A DNA stretch of 36,174 nucleotides from Bacteroidales bacterium (GCA_035638655.1 DASQZP010000056.1:1-36174); one strand, 5' to 3'; positions 1 to 9,715 are shown, numbered from the stretch's first letter. The notes: generated by a model not told the origin, from the letters alone. Numbers and translations: made by a program.

Positions 1-234
1 AAGTCTTACATCAATATTCACCTTATCACCCCAGGTAAACCGTGAACCATTTTCAGGTGCTGCAATGTTGGTGAGGTATACTTTGGGACGATTTACTGTT
101 TTGGATTTATGACTTTTGGAGGAATGATTATCCTGTCTGCATGAAAGACAGGAAGCCGTTAAAAAAGTCACTGCTAAAAGAATGGTAAAATTAAAATTGA
201 ATCTTCTTTTCGCGCGAAGAGCGAATGATATCAT
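1..234 (-). CDS. N-terminal part of a putative lipoprotein (gene runs off the left edge)
   Basis: Hand translation of the minus strand from ATG (complement of 232-234) gives MISFALRAKRRFNFNFTILLAVTFLTASCLSCRQDNHSSKSHKSKTVNRPKVYLTNIAAPENGSRFTWGDKVNIDVRL, open to position 1. A basic N-terminus, hydrophobic core and following Cys look like a lipoprotein signal. It is absent from the ORF track because no stop lies in the window. Confidence 0.45.
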   Translation of the reverse strand, partial: MISFALRAKRRFNFNFTILLAVTFLTASCLSCRQDNHSSKSHKSKTVNRPKVYLTNIAAPENGSRFTWGDKVNIDVRL

Positions 235-257
235 GGTACAACTTTGTTAGCCGGTTA

Positions 258-677
258 TTATTTGAAAATATTTTTAATTCGCGAACCAATAGAATCTTTA
301 TTTTTTGACTCTTCCGGATAAATACCAGAATCATCCTGATCCGGATTTAATATTTGCCAGATTTTGCTCCATCCCAGAAAGCCACCAACATTGCGGTCAT
401 CGATGTAAATGTTTGCATCAATTTTTCTACTCATACTGTTTTCGTCAAAAACTTCTTCCGGATAGTTTTTATTTACGGCATAAAATACAATCCCGTTTTC
501 CTGACAGTACTCAACAGCTTCTTCAAGCTCTTTACCATATCTGTATGTCCAAAGGATTAGCTTAAAACCTTTCTTTTGAAGTTCTCTGAGTGTTTGAAAT
601 GCAAACATTTTTTCACGTCCTATGGAAGGGTATTCGTGTTCTACAATTGTTCCGTCGAAATCAACAGCTATTCTCAT
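258..677 (-). CDS. small HAD-superfamily phosphatase-like protein
   Basis: 139-aa ORF with an ATG start. The N-terminal motif MRIAVDFDGTI is the DxDGT nucleophile motif of HAD hydrolases, and IYIDDRN near the C-terminal part fits HAD motif IV. Confidence 0.7.
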   Translation of the reverse strand: MRIAVDFDGTIVEHEYPSIGREKMFAFQTLRELQKKGFKLILWTYRYGKELEEAVEYCQENGIVFYAVNKNYPEEVFDENSMSRKIDANIYIDDRNVGGFLGWSKIWQILNPDQDDSGIYPEESKNKDSIGSRIKNIFK

Positions 678-782
678 TAATTTTTTATTGTTGTCCTACG
701 AGGAAAGGTTTGTAAAAGTTCTGACTAATGAATTAAATCTGATTTATTAACATGTAAATATAGGGTTTTATTTCGTAAGGTT

Positions 783-1763
783 CTAAATTTTTGCCTGCAG
801 AGAAAGATTTGACAATTCTTCCATTTCCTTTTCCGATAGCATAAATTTCATAGATCCCGCGTTATCTTTTGCTTGTTTAACTTTTGAAGCTCCGGGGATT
901 GCCACTATCATATCACCATGGTAATTAATTGCCCAGTTTAAAGCTACCTGTGCCGGAGTGGCACCATGACGGGCCCCTGTCTCTCTAAGTTTTTCAATCA
1001 GTGGAAGTGTCTTCTTCAGGTAAGATTTTCTGAAAGCACCGGTATATTTTCTAAAACCAACTCCTGACAGCAATTCTGGTTGTTCGTGGAATTTTCCGGT
1101 TAATACTCCCTGCTTTAAAGGAGAATAGGCAATAATACTTATTCCCAATTCTTTTGCCATGTTCAGTACTCCGTTAAACTCAATTCCTCTGTCAAGCAAG
1201 CTATATTTAACCTGATTGGAGATAAGTCTGAGACCATACTTTTGTAATTCATCATGTGCTTTTTTCATTTGGGAAGCAGAAAAATTGCTCACTCCAATAT
1301 TTTTGATTAATCCCTTTTGAATCAGAGAGCCCATTTCCTTCATTTGACTTGATATTGATGAAAAGGAGTAAGGATTGTGGATCTGGTACAGATCAATCGG
1401 AAATCCATGGAGTGCCTCCTGTCGCTTTCCTATAGTTTTGCCAATAGAGCGGGCTGTTCTGAAAACAGGCCACCATTTTGTAGCAATGTATACTTCTCCC
1501 TGTTTTACATTTAAAGTCTCCAGGGATCTTGAAAGTGCTTTTTCTGATTCGCCTTTCCCATATAATTCAGCAGTATCAAACCAGTTAATACCTTCATCCA
1601 ATGCCACCTGTACAATTTCTTTCATCAGCGAATCATCCAGTTTGGCCCAAAAAGAGCCGGCCATACCTTTCCCTTTACTAAATTGCCATGTACCTAATCC
1701 GATCGGAGTAATTTTCAATGATGAATTACCCAGTTGCCTCAATAGGATTTTTGTGTCATTCAT
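783..1763 (-). CDS. aldo/keto reductase family oxidoreductase
   Basis: 326 aa. The layout is typical of AKRs: LGLGTWQF, FDTAELYG, the catalytic-Lys region ATKWW, GVSNFS and a C-terminal IPGASKVKQAKDN segment. Confidence 0.9.
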   Translation of the reverse strand: MNDTKILLRQLGNSSLKITPIGLGTWQFSKGKGMAGSFWAKLDDSLMKEIVQVALDEGINWFDTAELYGKGESEKALSRSLETLNVKQGEVYIATKWWPVFRTARSIGKTIGKRQEALHGFPIDLYQIHNPYSFSSISSQMKEMGSLIQKGLIKNIGVSNFSASQMKKAHDELQKYGLRLISNQVKYSLLDRGIEFNGVLNMAKELGISIIAYSPLKQGVLTGKFHEQPELLSGVGFRKYTGAFRKSYLKKTLPLIEKLRETGARHGATPAQVALNWAINYHGDMIVAIPGASKVKQAKDNAGSMKFMLSEKEMEELSNLSLQAKI

Positions 1764-1836
1764 TTCTATTGTTTTAATAAGTTTTATTTAATGTAATTTA
1801 CTATAAATAAGAAACAAACACATCAAATGAATGTTT

Positions 1837-1869
1837 AAAAAAAAGCTGTTGGTATGATGAGCCAACAGC
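1837..1869 (-). terminator. rho-independent terminator downstream of cysK
   Basis: The 8-9 bp stem gctgttgg (1845-1852) / ccaacagc (1862-1869) is preceded on the + strand by an A8 run (1837-1844). That run is a U-tract on the minus strand, directly after the cysK stop at 1901. Confidence 0.7.
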
Positions 1870-1900
1870 TTTATTCTATGGTAAAATATTTAATTAATAA

Positions 1901-2812
1901 TTAATATAATCCGTCTACCGAAAGATATCGCTCTCCGGTATCATAGGAAAAGGTTAATATCCGGGCACCTGCAGGCAATTCCTTAATTTTTTTAGCTACA
2001 GCTGCCAGACTGGCTCCCGAAGAGATGCCTATGAATAAACCTTCTTCACTGGCAGCCTTCTGTGCATATTCAAAAGCTTCTTCCTTAGTTACTTCAATGG
2101 TGCCATCAAGAAGAGAAGTGTTGAGATTTTCAGGGATGAATCCGGCTCCGATGCCCTGCAAGGGATGCGGACCAGGTTCTCCTCCGCCAATAACAGGCGA
2201 TCCTGCAGGCTCAACTGCAAATACTTTAATGTTTGGAAAATGTTTTTTTAAGGTTTCAGCGCAGCCTGTGATGTGTCCGCCAGTTCCAACTCCTGTAATT
2301 AAATAGTCAAAACCTTCAGGAAAATCATTCACAATTTCCATAGCTGTTGCATCCCGGTGTATCTCTACATTGGCCGGGTTATCAAACTGACTGGGAATCC
2401 ACGCATCGGGGTTCTTTTCTGCAAGTTCACGTGCCTTTGCAATGGCTCCCTGCATTCCTTTTTCCCTTGGAGTAAGTTCAAATTCGGCTCCATAGGCTGC
2501 CATTATACGCCGCCGTTCCACTGACATTGATTCGGGCATTACCAAAATAATCTTATATTTCTTTACTGCAGCAACCATTGCCAGTCCTATTCCTGTATTA
2601 CCGGATGTTGGTTCAATTATTACTGATCCGGGTTTTAGAAGACCCTGCTTCTCTGCAGCTTCTACCATCGAAAGGGCGATTCTGTCTTTGATGCTTGCCC
2701 CGGGGTTGGCCCGCTCCAGCTTAACCCATACTTCTTTATCAGTAGGATATAAGTTATTTAACCGGACATGTGGTGTGTTCCCGATTGTTTCCAAAATATT
2801 GTTTGCTCTCAT
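1901..2812 (-). CDS. cysK: cysteine synthase A (O-acetylserine sulfhydrylase)
   Basis: 303 aa. It carries the PLP-lysine region [19 protein letters not shown] and the GTGGH(I)TG glycine loop, all diagnostic of CysK/CysM. It lies 22 nt downstream of cysE. Confidence 0.93.
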   Translation of the reverse strand: MRANNILETIGNTPHVRLNNLYPTDKEVWVKLERANPGASIKDRIALSMVEAAEKQGLLKPGSVIIEPTSGNTGIGLAMVAAVKKYKIILVMPESMSVERRRIMAAYGAEFELTPREKGMQGAIAKARELAEKNPDAWIPSQFDNPANVEIHRDATAMEIVNDFPEGFDYLITGVGTGGHITGCAETLKKHFPNIKVFAVEPAGSPVIGGGEPGPHPLQGIGAGFIPENLNTSLLDGTIEVTKEEAFEYAQKAASEEGLFIGISSGASLAAVAKKIKELPAGARILTFSYDTGERYLSVDGLY

Positions 2813-2834
2813 TGAATGTTGGTTTTATAGGTTA

Positions 2835-3665
2835 TTATATAGTAAAATTGATGGGTTCATTAAATTCTTTGCTGTCGCGAATGTGAATGCGGGGTCGCCT
2901 GTATACGACAGAAAAAGGTTGTACACTTTCAGTTAGCCAAACATTTCCGCCAATTACGGTATCATGCCCGACAACCGTATTTCCTCCCAATATTGTCCCA
3001 CCTGCATATACAATCACATTGTTCTGAATTGTCGGATGACGCTTTTTATGACTCATACTTTTTTCGACGTACATTGCTCCAAGTGTAACCCCCTGGTATA
3101 ATTTGACATTGTTACCAATCTCGGCTGTTTCTCCGACAACTACTCCCGTGCCATGGTCAATGTAAAAATGTTTGCCAATCTGTGCCCCCGGATTGATGTC
3201 AATTCCTGTTTTACTGTGTGCATGCTCACTTATCACACGAGGTAATACAGGTACTTTCATATCATACATTAGATGAGCAAGACGGTATATGCAAACGGCA
3301 TAATATCCCGGATAACAGAGAATGATTTCTTCTGTGCAATAGGCTGCCGGATCTGATTTGAAATATACTTCTGCATCATCCAACAAGTCGAAATAAATCT
3401 CCGGCAGCGTATCAAAAAAGACATTTGCTACCTCTTCTGGATCTTTCTCCATATTAGGCTTAAGGGGGCTAAGCAGCTCAATAAATGTAGTTTTTAGATC
3501 CTCAAGACGCGAATCAATTTCCTTCAGCGTGATGTCTTTCTTCATCCTTATCGGGAAGATAAGATTAAGTAAATCATCTATAAAATCGTGTGTCTTTACC
3601 ATTGGAGGTACCTCCTGGCAAAAATGCTGGTTAATTTCGAACAGATGTTCTGCAAATTTTTTCAT
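2835..3665 (-). CDS. cysE: serine O-acetyltransferase
   Basis: 276 aa. The C-terminal left-handed beta-helix hexapeptide repeats (GIDINPGAQIGKHFYIDHGTGVVVGETAEIGNNVKLYQGVTLG) follow a helical N-domain. The gene forms an operon with cysK. Confidence 0.88.
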   Translation of the reverse strand: MKKFAEHLFEINQHFCQEVPPMVKTHDFIDDLLNLIFPIRMKKDITLKEIDSRLEDLKTTFIELLSPLKPNMEKDPEEVANVFFDTLPEIYFDLLDDAEVYFKSDPAAYCTEEIILCYPGYYAVCIYRLAHLMYDMKVPVLPRVISEHAHSKTGIDINPGAQIGKHFYIDHGTGVVVGETAEIGNNVKLYQGVTLGAMYVEKSMSHKKRHPTIQNNVIVYAGGTILGGNTVVGHDTVIGGNVWLTESVQPFSVVYRRPRIHIRDSKEFNEPINFTI

Positions 3666-4300
3666 TGATATCTTATTATATATAACAATAACTTAAGTAC
3701 ACCTTACCGGTGATATCAGTAAAAAGAATAATAAATTGAAGGATTTATAATGTTGACAACAAACAATAAACACTTAACAACAACATCGGTTGCAGTTAAC
3801 TGCTGCAAATTTTATACAGGTGAGGTGGCTTATTTGCATCGTGTTTAATAATTTGTTTGCTTTCTATAACAACAAAATAACAGAATTGTTCTGAACTACG
3901 CAATAATTAAGGCTTTTTTATTAAGAATAAATAAACTGACAGTAAAGTGCACTTTAATAAGTGCTTGTAATTTAAATAAATATATGTATTTGCATCCAGG
4001 GCATAAGCCTCAAATCTATTGTTGTAATGAATAATCAGGGGTCCATTTATCTTAATTTCACTTTCCCAAAATCATTCTTCTACTGGTCGAAAGAAGAAGT
4101 CAAAAAATGACAGGTTTCCTGTTTTTTATGCCTCTGAAAGTGACAAAATGGCTTTTACACATTGTGGTAGAGAATTTGTTGATATGATTATTGCCCGGTA
4201 ATAGATTGCAGATAAGGTAAGACAGGCAGAATTGGTTTAGTTGAGAAGGAAAGATGAATAGGGTATTAAACATTAACGTTAACATTATAATATTAAGGCT

Positions 4301-4981
4301 ATGATATCAATTTGGATTATTTTCGGAGTATTTATGCTGGCAAGCTGGATGGTGGGCAATCAGCTTAAGGCCCGTTTTAAAAAGTATTCACAAATCCCGA
4401 TAAATTACGGTCTGAGTGGAAAAGACATTGCTGAAAAGATGCTTCATGCAAATGGCATCTATGATGTGCAGGTGATGTCGGTTGAAGGTCAGCTTACAGA
4501 CCATTATCATCCTGGTAAAAAAACGGTGAATCTTAGCCATAATGTATATTATGGACAAAGTATTGCAGCAGCAGCCGTTGCTGCTCATGAATGCGGCCAT
4601 GCAGTGCAGCACGCCAGAGCTTATAGCTGGCTGCAGATGAGATCTGCGCTTGTGCCGGTTGTAAGTGTCACTTCAAGATGGGTGCAATGGATATTACTTG
4701 CCGGTATATTACTGGTTCAAACAGTACCACAGATATTGCTGGCAGGTATCATTCTTTTCGCCCTGACAACATTGTTTAGTTTTATTACTCTTCCGGTTGA
4801 AATTGATGCCAGCAGAAGGGCACTTGCCTGGTTGAAAACTTCCGGAATTACCTCAGATACAACACAGGTACAGGCTCAGGATGCATTAAAATGGGCTGCA
4901 TACACATATGTTGTAGCGGCGCTTTCGTCTCTGGCTACTCTGGTGTATTTTATATTGATTTACCTGAGAGGTAGAGATTAA
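4301..4981 (+). CDS. membrane zinc metallopeptidase, YugP-like (Zn_peptidase_2 type)
   Basis: 226 aa with an N-terminal TM helix, the HExxH motif AAHECGHAVQH and C-terminal TM helices. Size and layout match the YugP family. Confidence 0.8.
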   Translation: MISIWIIFGVFMLASWMVGNQLKARFKKYSQIPINYGLSGKDIAEKMLHANGIYDVQVMSVEGQLTDHYHPGKKTVNLSHNVYYGQSIAAAAVAAHECGHAVQHARAYSWLQMRSALVPVVSVTSRWVQWILLAGILLVQTVPQILLAGIILFALTTLFSFITLPVEIDASRRALAWLKTSGITSDTTQVQAQDALKWAAYTYVVAALSSLATLVYFILIYLRGRD

Positions 4982-5017
4982 TTAGTGTCTGTCCATAATG
5001 TCCGATAACTGCGATAT

Positions 5018-5073
5018 TGCAAAAATTTTAATTCCTCATATACATCAGTATACTGCGGATTAAAATTTTCGCA
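5018..5073. repeat. imperfect inverted repeat (17-nt arms) between the peptidase gene and cbpA
   Basis: Left arm tgcaaaaattttaattc (5018-5034) pairs with right arm ggattaaaattttcgca (5057-5073). There is one A x C mismatch and one T.G wobble, and the loop is about 22 nt. Confidence 0.55.
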
Positions 5074-5305
5074 CATCTTGTTCCCGAACATTTTGATCCG
5101 GACACTTAACTTTATTGACAGACTTTAATAAGGTATGATCTATCTGAAATTGTGTGCGATTTTATGCTAAGTCATGTGAATATTATAAAAATCTTGTTCA
5201 CGCTATCGGAATTATTTAGTATTCAGAATGACGTGAATAATCAAAGGGTTGTATGATAACTTGTTATAAAAGGTAAAACCTAAGGTTATTAAAATTTATT
5301 TAATT

Positions 5306-6259
5306 ATGGATTATAAAGATTATTATAAAATACTTGGAATAGAAAAGAGTGCAAGTCAGGAAGATATAAAGAAGGCCTACCGAAAACTTGCCGTTAAATA
5401 TCATCCTGATCGGAATCCTGATGATCCTAACGCAGAAGAACGTTTCAAGGAGATAGGAGAAGCCTATGAAGTACTGAAGGATCCTGAAAAAAGAAAAAAA
5501 TATGACCAGTTGGGCTCCAACTGGAAAAATTATCAACAGTCAGGGCATCAAAATTTTGATGACTTTTTTGGTCAGTCTGGTTATGGCGGTAATGGTACCC
5601 GCGATGTCCATTTTGAATTTGGTGGCAATATGGGGGACTTTTTTGGGGAAAGTGGATTTTCAGATTTCTTTAACCAGTTTTTTGGAGGTGGACGACAGCA
5701 GCACAGTCGGGCTGAAAGCTTCTATAGAGGGCAACAACCCGGCAGAGATTATGAGGGTGAAGTAAAGATCACGCTGGAAGAAGCTTACAACGGAGTAACA
5801 AGGCTTGTAAATGTTGATAACAGTAAACTGAGAATAAAAATCAAACCCGGAATCCGGGATGGACAGGCCCTGAGAATTAAGGGTAAAGGGGGAAAAGGTC
5901 AGGCCGGAGGCAGGCATGGTGACTTATATATTAAAGTCAGGGTGATTGACCATCCTGTTTATACCAGGGTGGGAAACGATCTCTACAGGGACCTGGAAGT
6001 AGACCTTTATACAGCTTTGCTCGGAGGTAAGACAACAGTAGATACCTTAAAAGGGAATGTCAATATCACTATTCCAAAAGAAACAGAAAGTAATAAAACT
6101 ATGAGACTTAAAGGGCTTGGAATGCCGGATTATGATGGTGGACCTAATGGAGATTTGTATTTGAATATCAACATCAAAATGCCTAAAAATCTCACATCTG
6201 AAGAGAAAAACCTTATTGAAAAGTTAAAAGAACTTAGAAAAACAAATACAAATGGATAA
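5306..6259 (+). CDS. cbpA: J-domain co-chaperone, CbpA-like (DnaJ homologue without zinc finger)
   Basis: 317 aa. The J-domain [34 protein letters not shown] has the HPD motif, followed by a G/F-rich linker. There are no CxxCxGxG repeats, and DnaJ C-terminal domains are present. Confidence 0.85.
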   Translation: MDYKDYYKILGIEKSASQEDIKKAYRKLAVKYHPDRNPDDPNAEERFKEIGEAYEVLKDPEKRKKYDQLGSNWKNYQQSGHQNFDDFFGQSGYGGNGTRDVHFEFGGNMGDFFGESGFSDFFNQFFGGGRQQHSRAESFYRGQQPGRDYEGEVKITLEEAYNGVTRLVNVDNSKLRIKIKPGIRDGQALRIKGKGGKGQAGGRHGDLYIKVRVIDHPVYTRVGNDLYRDLEVDLYTALLGGKTTVDTLKGNVNITIPKETESNKTMRLKGLGMPDYDGGPNGDLYLNINIKMPKNLTSEEKNLIEKLKELRKTNTNG

Positions 6260-6338
6260 GTTTAATAATTATTTATTTTTAATTTGATAAATAATAGAGC
6301 AGGGTATTTCATTTCGAAACCCGATTTTTGTAACTTCG

Positions 6339-6384
6339 AAACCCGGTATTTTATAAATAATAATCCGGGTTTAATTTATTTTTT
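6339..6384 (+). terminator. probable terminator after cbpA
   Basis: Stem aaacccgg (6339-6346) / ccgggttt (6365-6372) has an AT-rich loop and is followed by aatttatttttt. Confidence 0.5.
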
Positions 6385-6411
6385 ATTGAGGATGTTTAAA
6401 ACTATAATAAT

Positions 6412-7167
6412 ATGCAAACGAATAATAAGATTATAAAAAACTTACCCAATGTAGTAACATCTTTGAATCTTTTATCCGGATCGATAGCTATTGTGTTGGC
6501 TTTTGAGAATAACGACCTGCTTTTTGCTGCCTATTTTATTATTTTGGCAGCTATTTTTGATTTTCTTGACGGTATGGTCGCTCGTGCGCTGGGAGCTTTT
6601 TCTGATCTGGGTAAAAATCTCGATTCTCTTGCTGACGTAGTTAGTTTTGGGCTGGCCCCTTCAGTAATTATTTTCAAAATGCTTATTATGTCTCTTACAT
6701 ATACGGATGTAAGCTTTAATTTTGAAACAGCTTCATTCGGACATTTGATTATTTTATTTTCAGCCTTTTTAATTGCTGTTTTTGGAGCTATTCGGCTTGC
6801 CAGATTTAATATTGATACGGATCAGAAATATGAATTCAGGGGACTGGCTATCCCGGCAAATGCTCTGTTTTTTGCTGGTCTGGCTATCTTACTTCTTGAA
6901 ACAGGAAGCGAAAATATTCAGGCATTCATACTCAACACATGGTTTCTTGAAGGGCTGATTGTTATTTTCAGTGCTTTGATGGTCTCCCGAATTACGATGT
7001 TTTCTCTGAAATTTGAAACACTAAAATTCAATGAAAACAGTATTAGATATCTTTTTCTAATACTGGCAGTGTTACTCTTACTGTTTTTTGGAGCCAAAGC
7101 ACTCGTTGCAATTATCCCGGTTTATGTGATTTTTTCACTGTTGCGTAAAAGGGAATCAAAAGCCTGA
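6412..7167 (+). CDS. pssA: CDP-diacylglycerol--serine O-phosphatidyltransferase
   Basis: 251 aa polytopic membrane protein. It carries the CDP-alcohol phosphatidyltransferase signature DFLDGMVARALGAFSDLGKNLDSLADVVSFG, i.e. D-x2-DG-x2-AR...G-x3-D-x3-D. Confidence 0.9.
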   Translation: MQTNNKIIKNLPNVVTSLNLLSGSIAIVLAFENNDLLFAAYFIILAAIFDFLDGMVARALGAFSDLGKNLDSLADVVSFGLAPSVIIFKMLIMSLTYTDVSFNFETASFGHLIILFSAFLIAVFGAIRLARFNIDTDQKYEFRGLAIPANALFFAGLAILLLETGSENIQAFILNTWFLEGLIVIFSALMVSRITMFSLKFETLKFNENSIRYLFLILAVLLLLFFGAKALVAIIPVYVIFSLLRKRESKA

Positions 7168-7398
7168 GATTTATTATTGTTATAAGAGCTATTCCTCGGG
7201 TATTTTAATTTTAAACCATTTAAAATCCTGCAGGATTTTGCTTTATCATTATTTTTCTTTAACAAGGTAGTACAATCAAGAATGATTCTGTCTATGTTTT
7301 AATCAACATTGAAAATAGCAGAATTTAAAAAGGGAAGCAAATTTGCAATACAAGTATAAAGTAAGAATAAATCAGAATTCCACAATAATATTATAATT

Positions 7399-7431
7399 AA
7401 AAAAGCCGTCCCTGAAAGACGGCTTTTTTTT
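7399..7431. terminator. bidirectional rho-independent terminator
   Basis: Stem gccgtc (7405-7410) / gacggc (7418-7423) is flanked by an A-run (7399-7404) and a T-run (7424-7431). It lies 18 nt beyond the stop of the minus-strand gene ending at 7449 and downstream of pssA. Confidence 0.8.
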
Positions 7432-7448
7432 CAATTAATGATTATATC

Positions 7449-9341
7449 CTATTTCTTTGGAATTCTGCTAACATCAAAGTTTGTATTGGCAACTGTCACA
7501 TCCGGATTATCTTTAATTACCAGTATGATGTCATTATAATCATGGTCGCAGAAACCATCTCGGAGATAGACATCCTCAAATGTAAGTACAAGGTCATTAC
7601 ATTCATTATTGATAAACAACGTGCTCTGCTGGTTATTATTGGTGTTAAATTCAGTATTAGTGTAATGAGTATAGATACCATCTGTAGTAAGTCCATTTTG
7701 CCAGCCTCGGGCAACCATATAGAACCCAATTACAGTATTCGCCGGGAATGGTTTATCTCCCAACTGTACCATGTCGCCAGCTTCTAATCCACCACCATCA
7801 CCAACTTTTGAAACATTAGGAAATACAATGTGTTTCTGTAAATCCTCAACGGTTGTTGGGGGATCATTAGCCGGATAGGCATAATATCCAAAGGTGTTTT
7901 TCCAACCAGCACCTTCGTCAACAAAAGTCACATACACAGGAGTTTCAGCAGTTGTTGTGATATTAAGTACTGCTGTGTCATTAAATAATTCCGGATATTT
8001 AACTGTATTGTCTTCTCCTTCCGGGAAGAGTGATGAAATTTCATCTGAAAGAAAAGTACAGGTCTGAGTAGGTATTATATCATCTGGTACTCCTTCGTCA
8101 ATACTGATTCCCAGTATCTTTAATCCCCCAAGACCCGTAGCGACGAAAATAACATCATCCCTGGATTCAACAAAATTGGTTGATTGAGAGGCTTCGAACT
8201 GCATGGAACCAAGCATTAAAATACTATCATGTTGCTCAGTTACCATACCACCTACATATACTCCTGATTCACCATTTCCCAGCAGAACAAGATCGCCGTT
8301 GAGCGAAACGCTGTTGGTAACATGGTTCTCAGATAATTCACCCTCAGGAGTCTCAGGTCTGGCAATATGTTGCTGCAAGGTACCATCTGATTTTAATACT
8401 TCAGTACCTCCTTCATTTAAAGCAGCAAGAATATACTCATTTCTGACTGCTAATTCAGATTTGGATTCAGGAGTATTGGCTCCGCCAACTTCATAAACTG
8501 ATTGCAGTGCAACATCTGACTTAGTGAACACATTTACCCTGCCATCCTGTCCCTGAAGGACATAAACATAATTATCGTTGGAAGCTACCGACCTTGCGTC
8601 AGATATATCAACGGATTTAATTAAAGAATAATCAGTAGCATCAAAAACAGTTAACCCTCCATCGGAACCACTGGTTGTATAAATTTTGCCCCCGGTAACA
8701 AGAACATCGGTGCCAACATATGAAGACAGACCAATGATGGTATCAACACTGGTTATCTCATGGTTTTCATTAAGGGATAGCACTTCCAAAAACGCCGGAT
8801 TACTATAGCCCATTGTTTCAAATTCACCGTTAGCTCCCACAATAAAAAGTTTACCGTTTGCATAATCAACTGAACTTACATCAGCTTTCGGAAAAATTGC
8901 CTGAGAAATAATGACTGGATTTTTTAAGTCGGTAACATCAAATACTTCGACACCACCCAGATAATCCGGTCCTTTGGTATTGAAGGTGACAAAAGCATAA
9001 TGCTCATGAATGGCAACATGAGTCGCCTGTAATGTACTTCCTTCATATACAGGAGCATCTACTTCAGCTTTAAGTTTAAACACATAGTTTTTGGTGAGAT
9101 CTACAACCGGTGCGCTATCAAGCCCTTTAAGTCTGTTTGTGGGGAATTGCTTTACCGGTACTATCTCATCCTTATAACTAATTCGATCGCTAAAGCTCTC
9201 TGAATTATTATTTATTATTGCATTTTTAACAGTTAAAATGCCATCCTGCTGTATTTTACTGTCAGTCTGATCTTTCTGACATGATGTAATAACTAGAATA
9301 CTAACAGTAAATATAGAAAAAGCGCGTATTAATTTTCGCAT
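7449..9341 (-). CDS. lipoprotein with beta-propeller-like (LVIVD-repeat-like) region and C-terminal DUF4114-like domain
   Basis: 630 aa. The signal peptide ends in the lipobox-like ITSC. Repeated segments of the type HYAFVTF...GGVEVFDVTDLKNP and GGLTVFDATDYS resemble LVIVD repeats. The C-terminal LTFEDVYLRDGFCDHDYNDIILVI matches the FED...D.DYND motif of DUF4114. An AAGGAGGA Shine-Dalgarno lies 5 nt upstream of the ATG. Confidence 0.7.
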   Translation of the reverse strand: MRKLIRAFSIFTVSILVITSCQKDQTDSKIQQDGILTVKNAIINNNSESFSDRISYKDEIVPVKQFPTNRLKGLDSAPVVDLTKNYVFKLKAEVDAPVYEGSTLQATHVAIHEHYAFVTFNTKGPDYLGGVEVFDVTDLKNPVIISQAIFPKADVSSVDYANGKLFIVGANGEFETMGYSNPAFLEVLSLNENHEITSVDTIIGLSSYVGTDVLVTGGKIYTTSGSDGGLTVFDATDYSLIKSVDISDARSVASNDNYVYVLQGQDGRVNVFTKSDVALQSVYEVGGANTPESKSELAVRNEYILAALNEGGTEVLKSDGTLQQHIARPETPEGELSENHVTNSVSLNGDLVLLGNGESGVYVGGMVTEQHDSILMLGSMQFEASQSTNFVESRDDVIFVATGLGGLKILGISIDEGVPDDIIPTQTCTFLSDEISSLFPEGEDNTVKYPELFNDTAVLNITTTAETPVYVTFVDEGAGWKNTFGYYAYPANDPPTTVEDLQKHIVFPNVSKVGDGGGLEAGDMVQLGDKPFPANTVIGFYMVARGWQNGLTTDGIYTHYTNTEFNTNNNQQSTLFINNECNDLVLTFEDVYLRDGFCDHDYNDIILVIKDNPDVTVANTNFDVSRIPKK

Positions 9342-9715
9342 TGTTATCCTCCTTAAAAGGGTTAAGGTTTAAAGGTTTTGATTGCTGTATACTTTGTGAA
9401 TAACACAATTATTCTTTTATATGTGTTTAAAGCATTAAGGGTTACATATTTTTGATAAAAGTGCTTAAACTAGTTTTGAATAAATCCCTTAACTTTTCCA
9501 ATAAAAAATTCCTCTCATATTTATTGTGTTTCAAATATACAAAAAAGTTGAGCAACACTAAAATATTCAGAAGAATGTAAAAAAAATTTTGACTGAAGTC
9601 AGGGAAATGTCGATATTCAGGGTTCAAGAATAGATTAAAATATTTCCGGGTTATTTCAGTGACATGAAAGTTTTAGAAGACTCATATCTTTGTAATAAGA
9701 AGAAACACGACAGAG

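Noticed and set aside
2425-2433. gttcacgtg as a possible parS half-site
   Set aside because: Only the left half resembles TGTTTCACGTGAAACA and the right half does not. It also lies inside cysK, 28 kb from parAB.
4100-4285. 61-aa minus-strand ORF in the cysE upstream spacer. Also a 32-aa plus-strand ORF at 3750..3848 (MLTTNNKHLTTTSVAVNCCKFYTGEVAYLHRV) considered as a Cys-containing leader peptide
   Set aside because: The 61-aa ORF has no signal or motif and lies immediately upstream of, and opposite to, the peptidase gene promoter region. The 32-aa ORF is on the wrong strand to act as a leader for cysE-cysK. Neither has supporting features.
9442-9627. 61-aa minus-strand ORF with one hydrophobic stretch upstream of the lipoprotein gene
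   Set aside because: It starts at TTG in extremely AT-rich promoter DNA and contains the candidate -7 box region. The Phe/Asn/Leu/Lys-rich composition is what AT-rich non-coding DNA yields.
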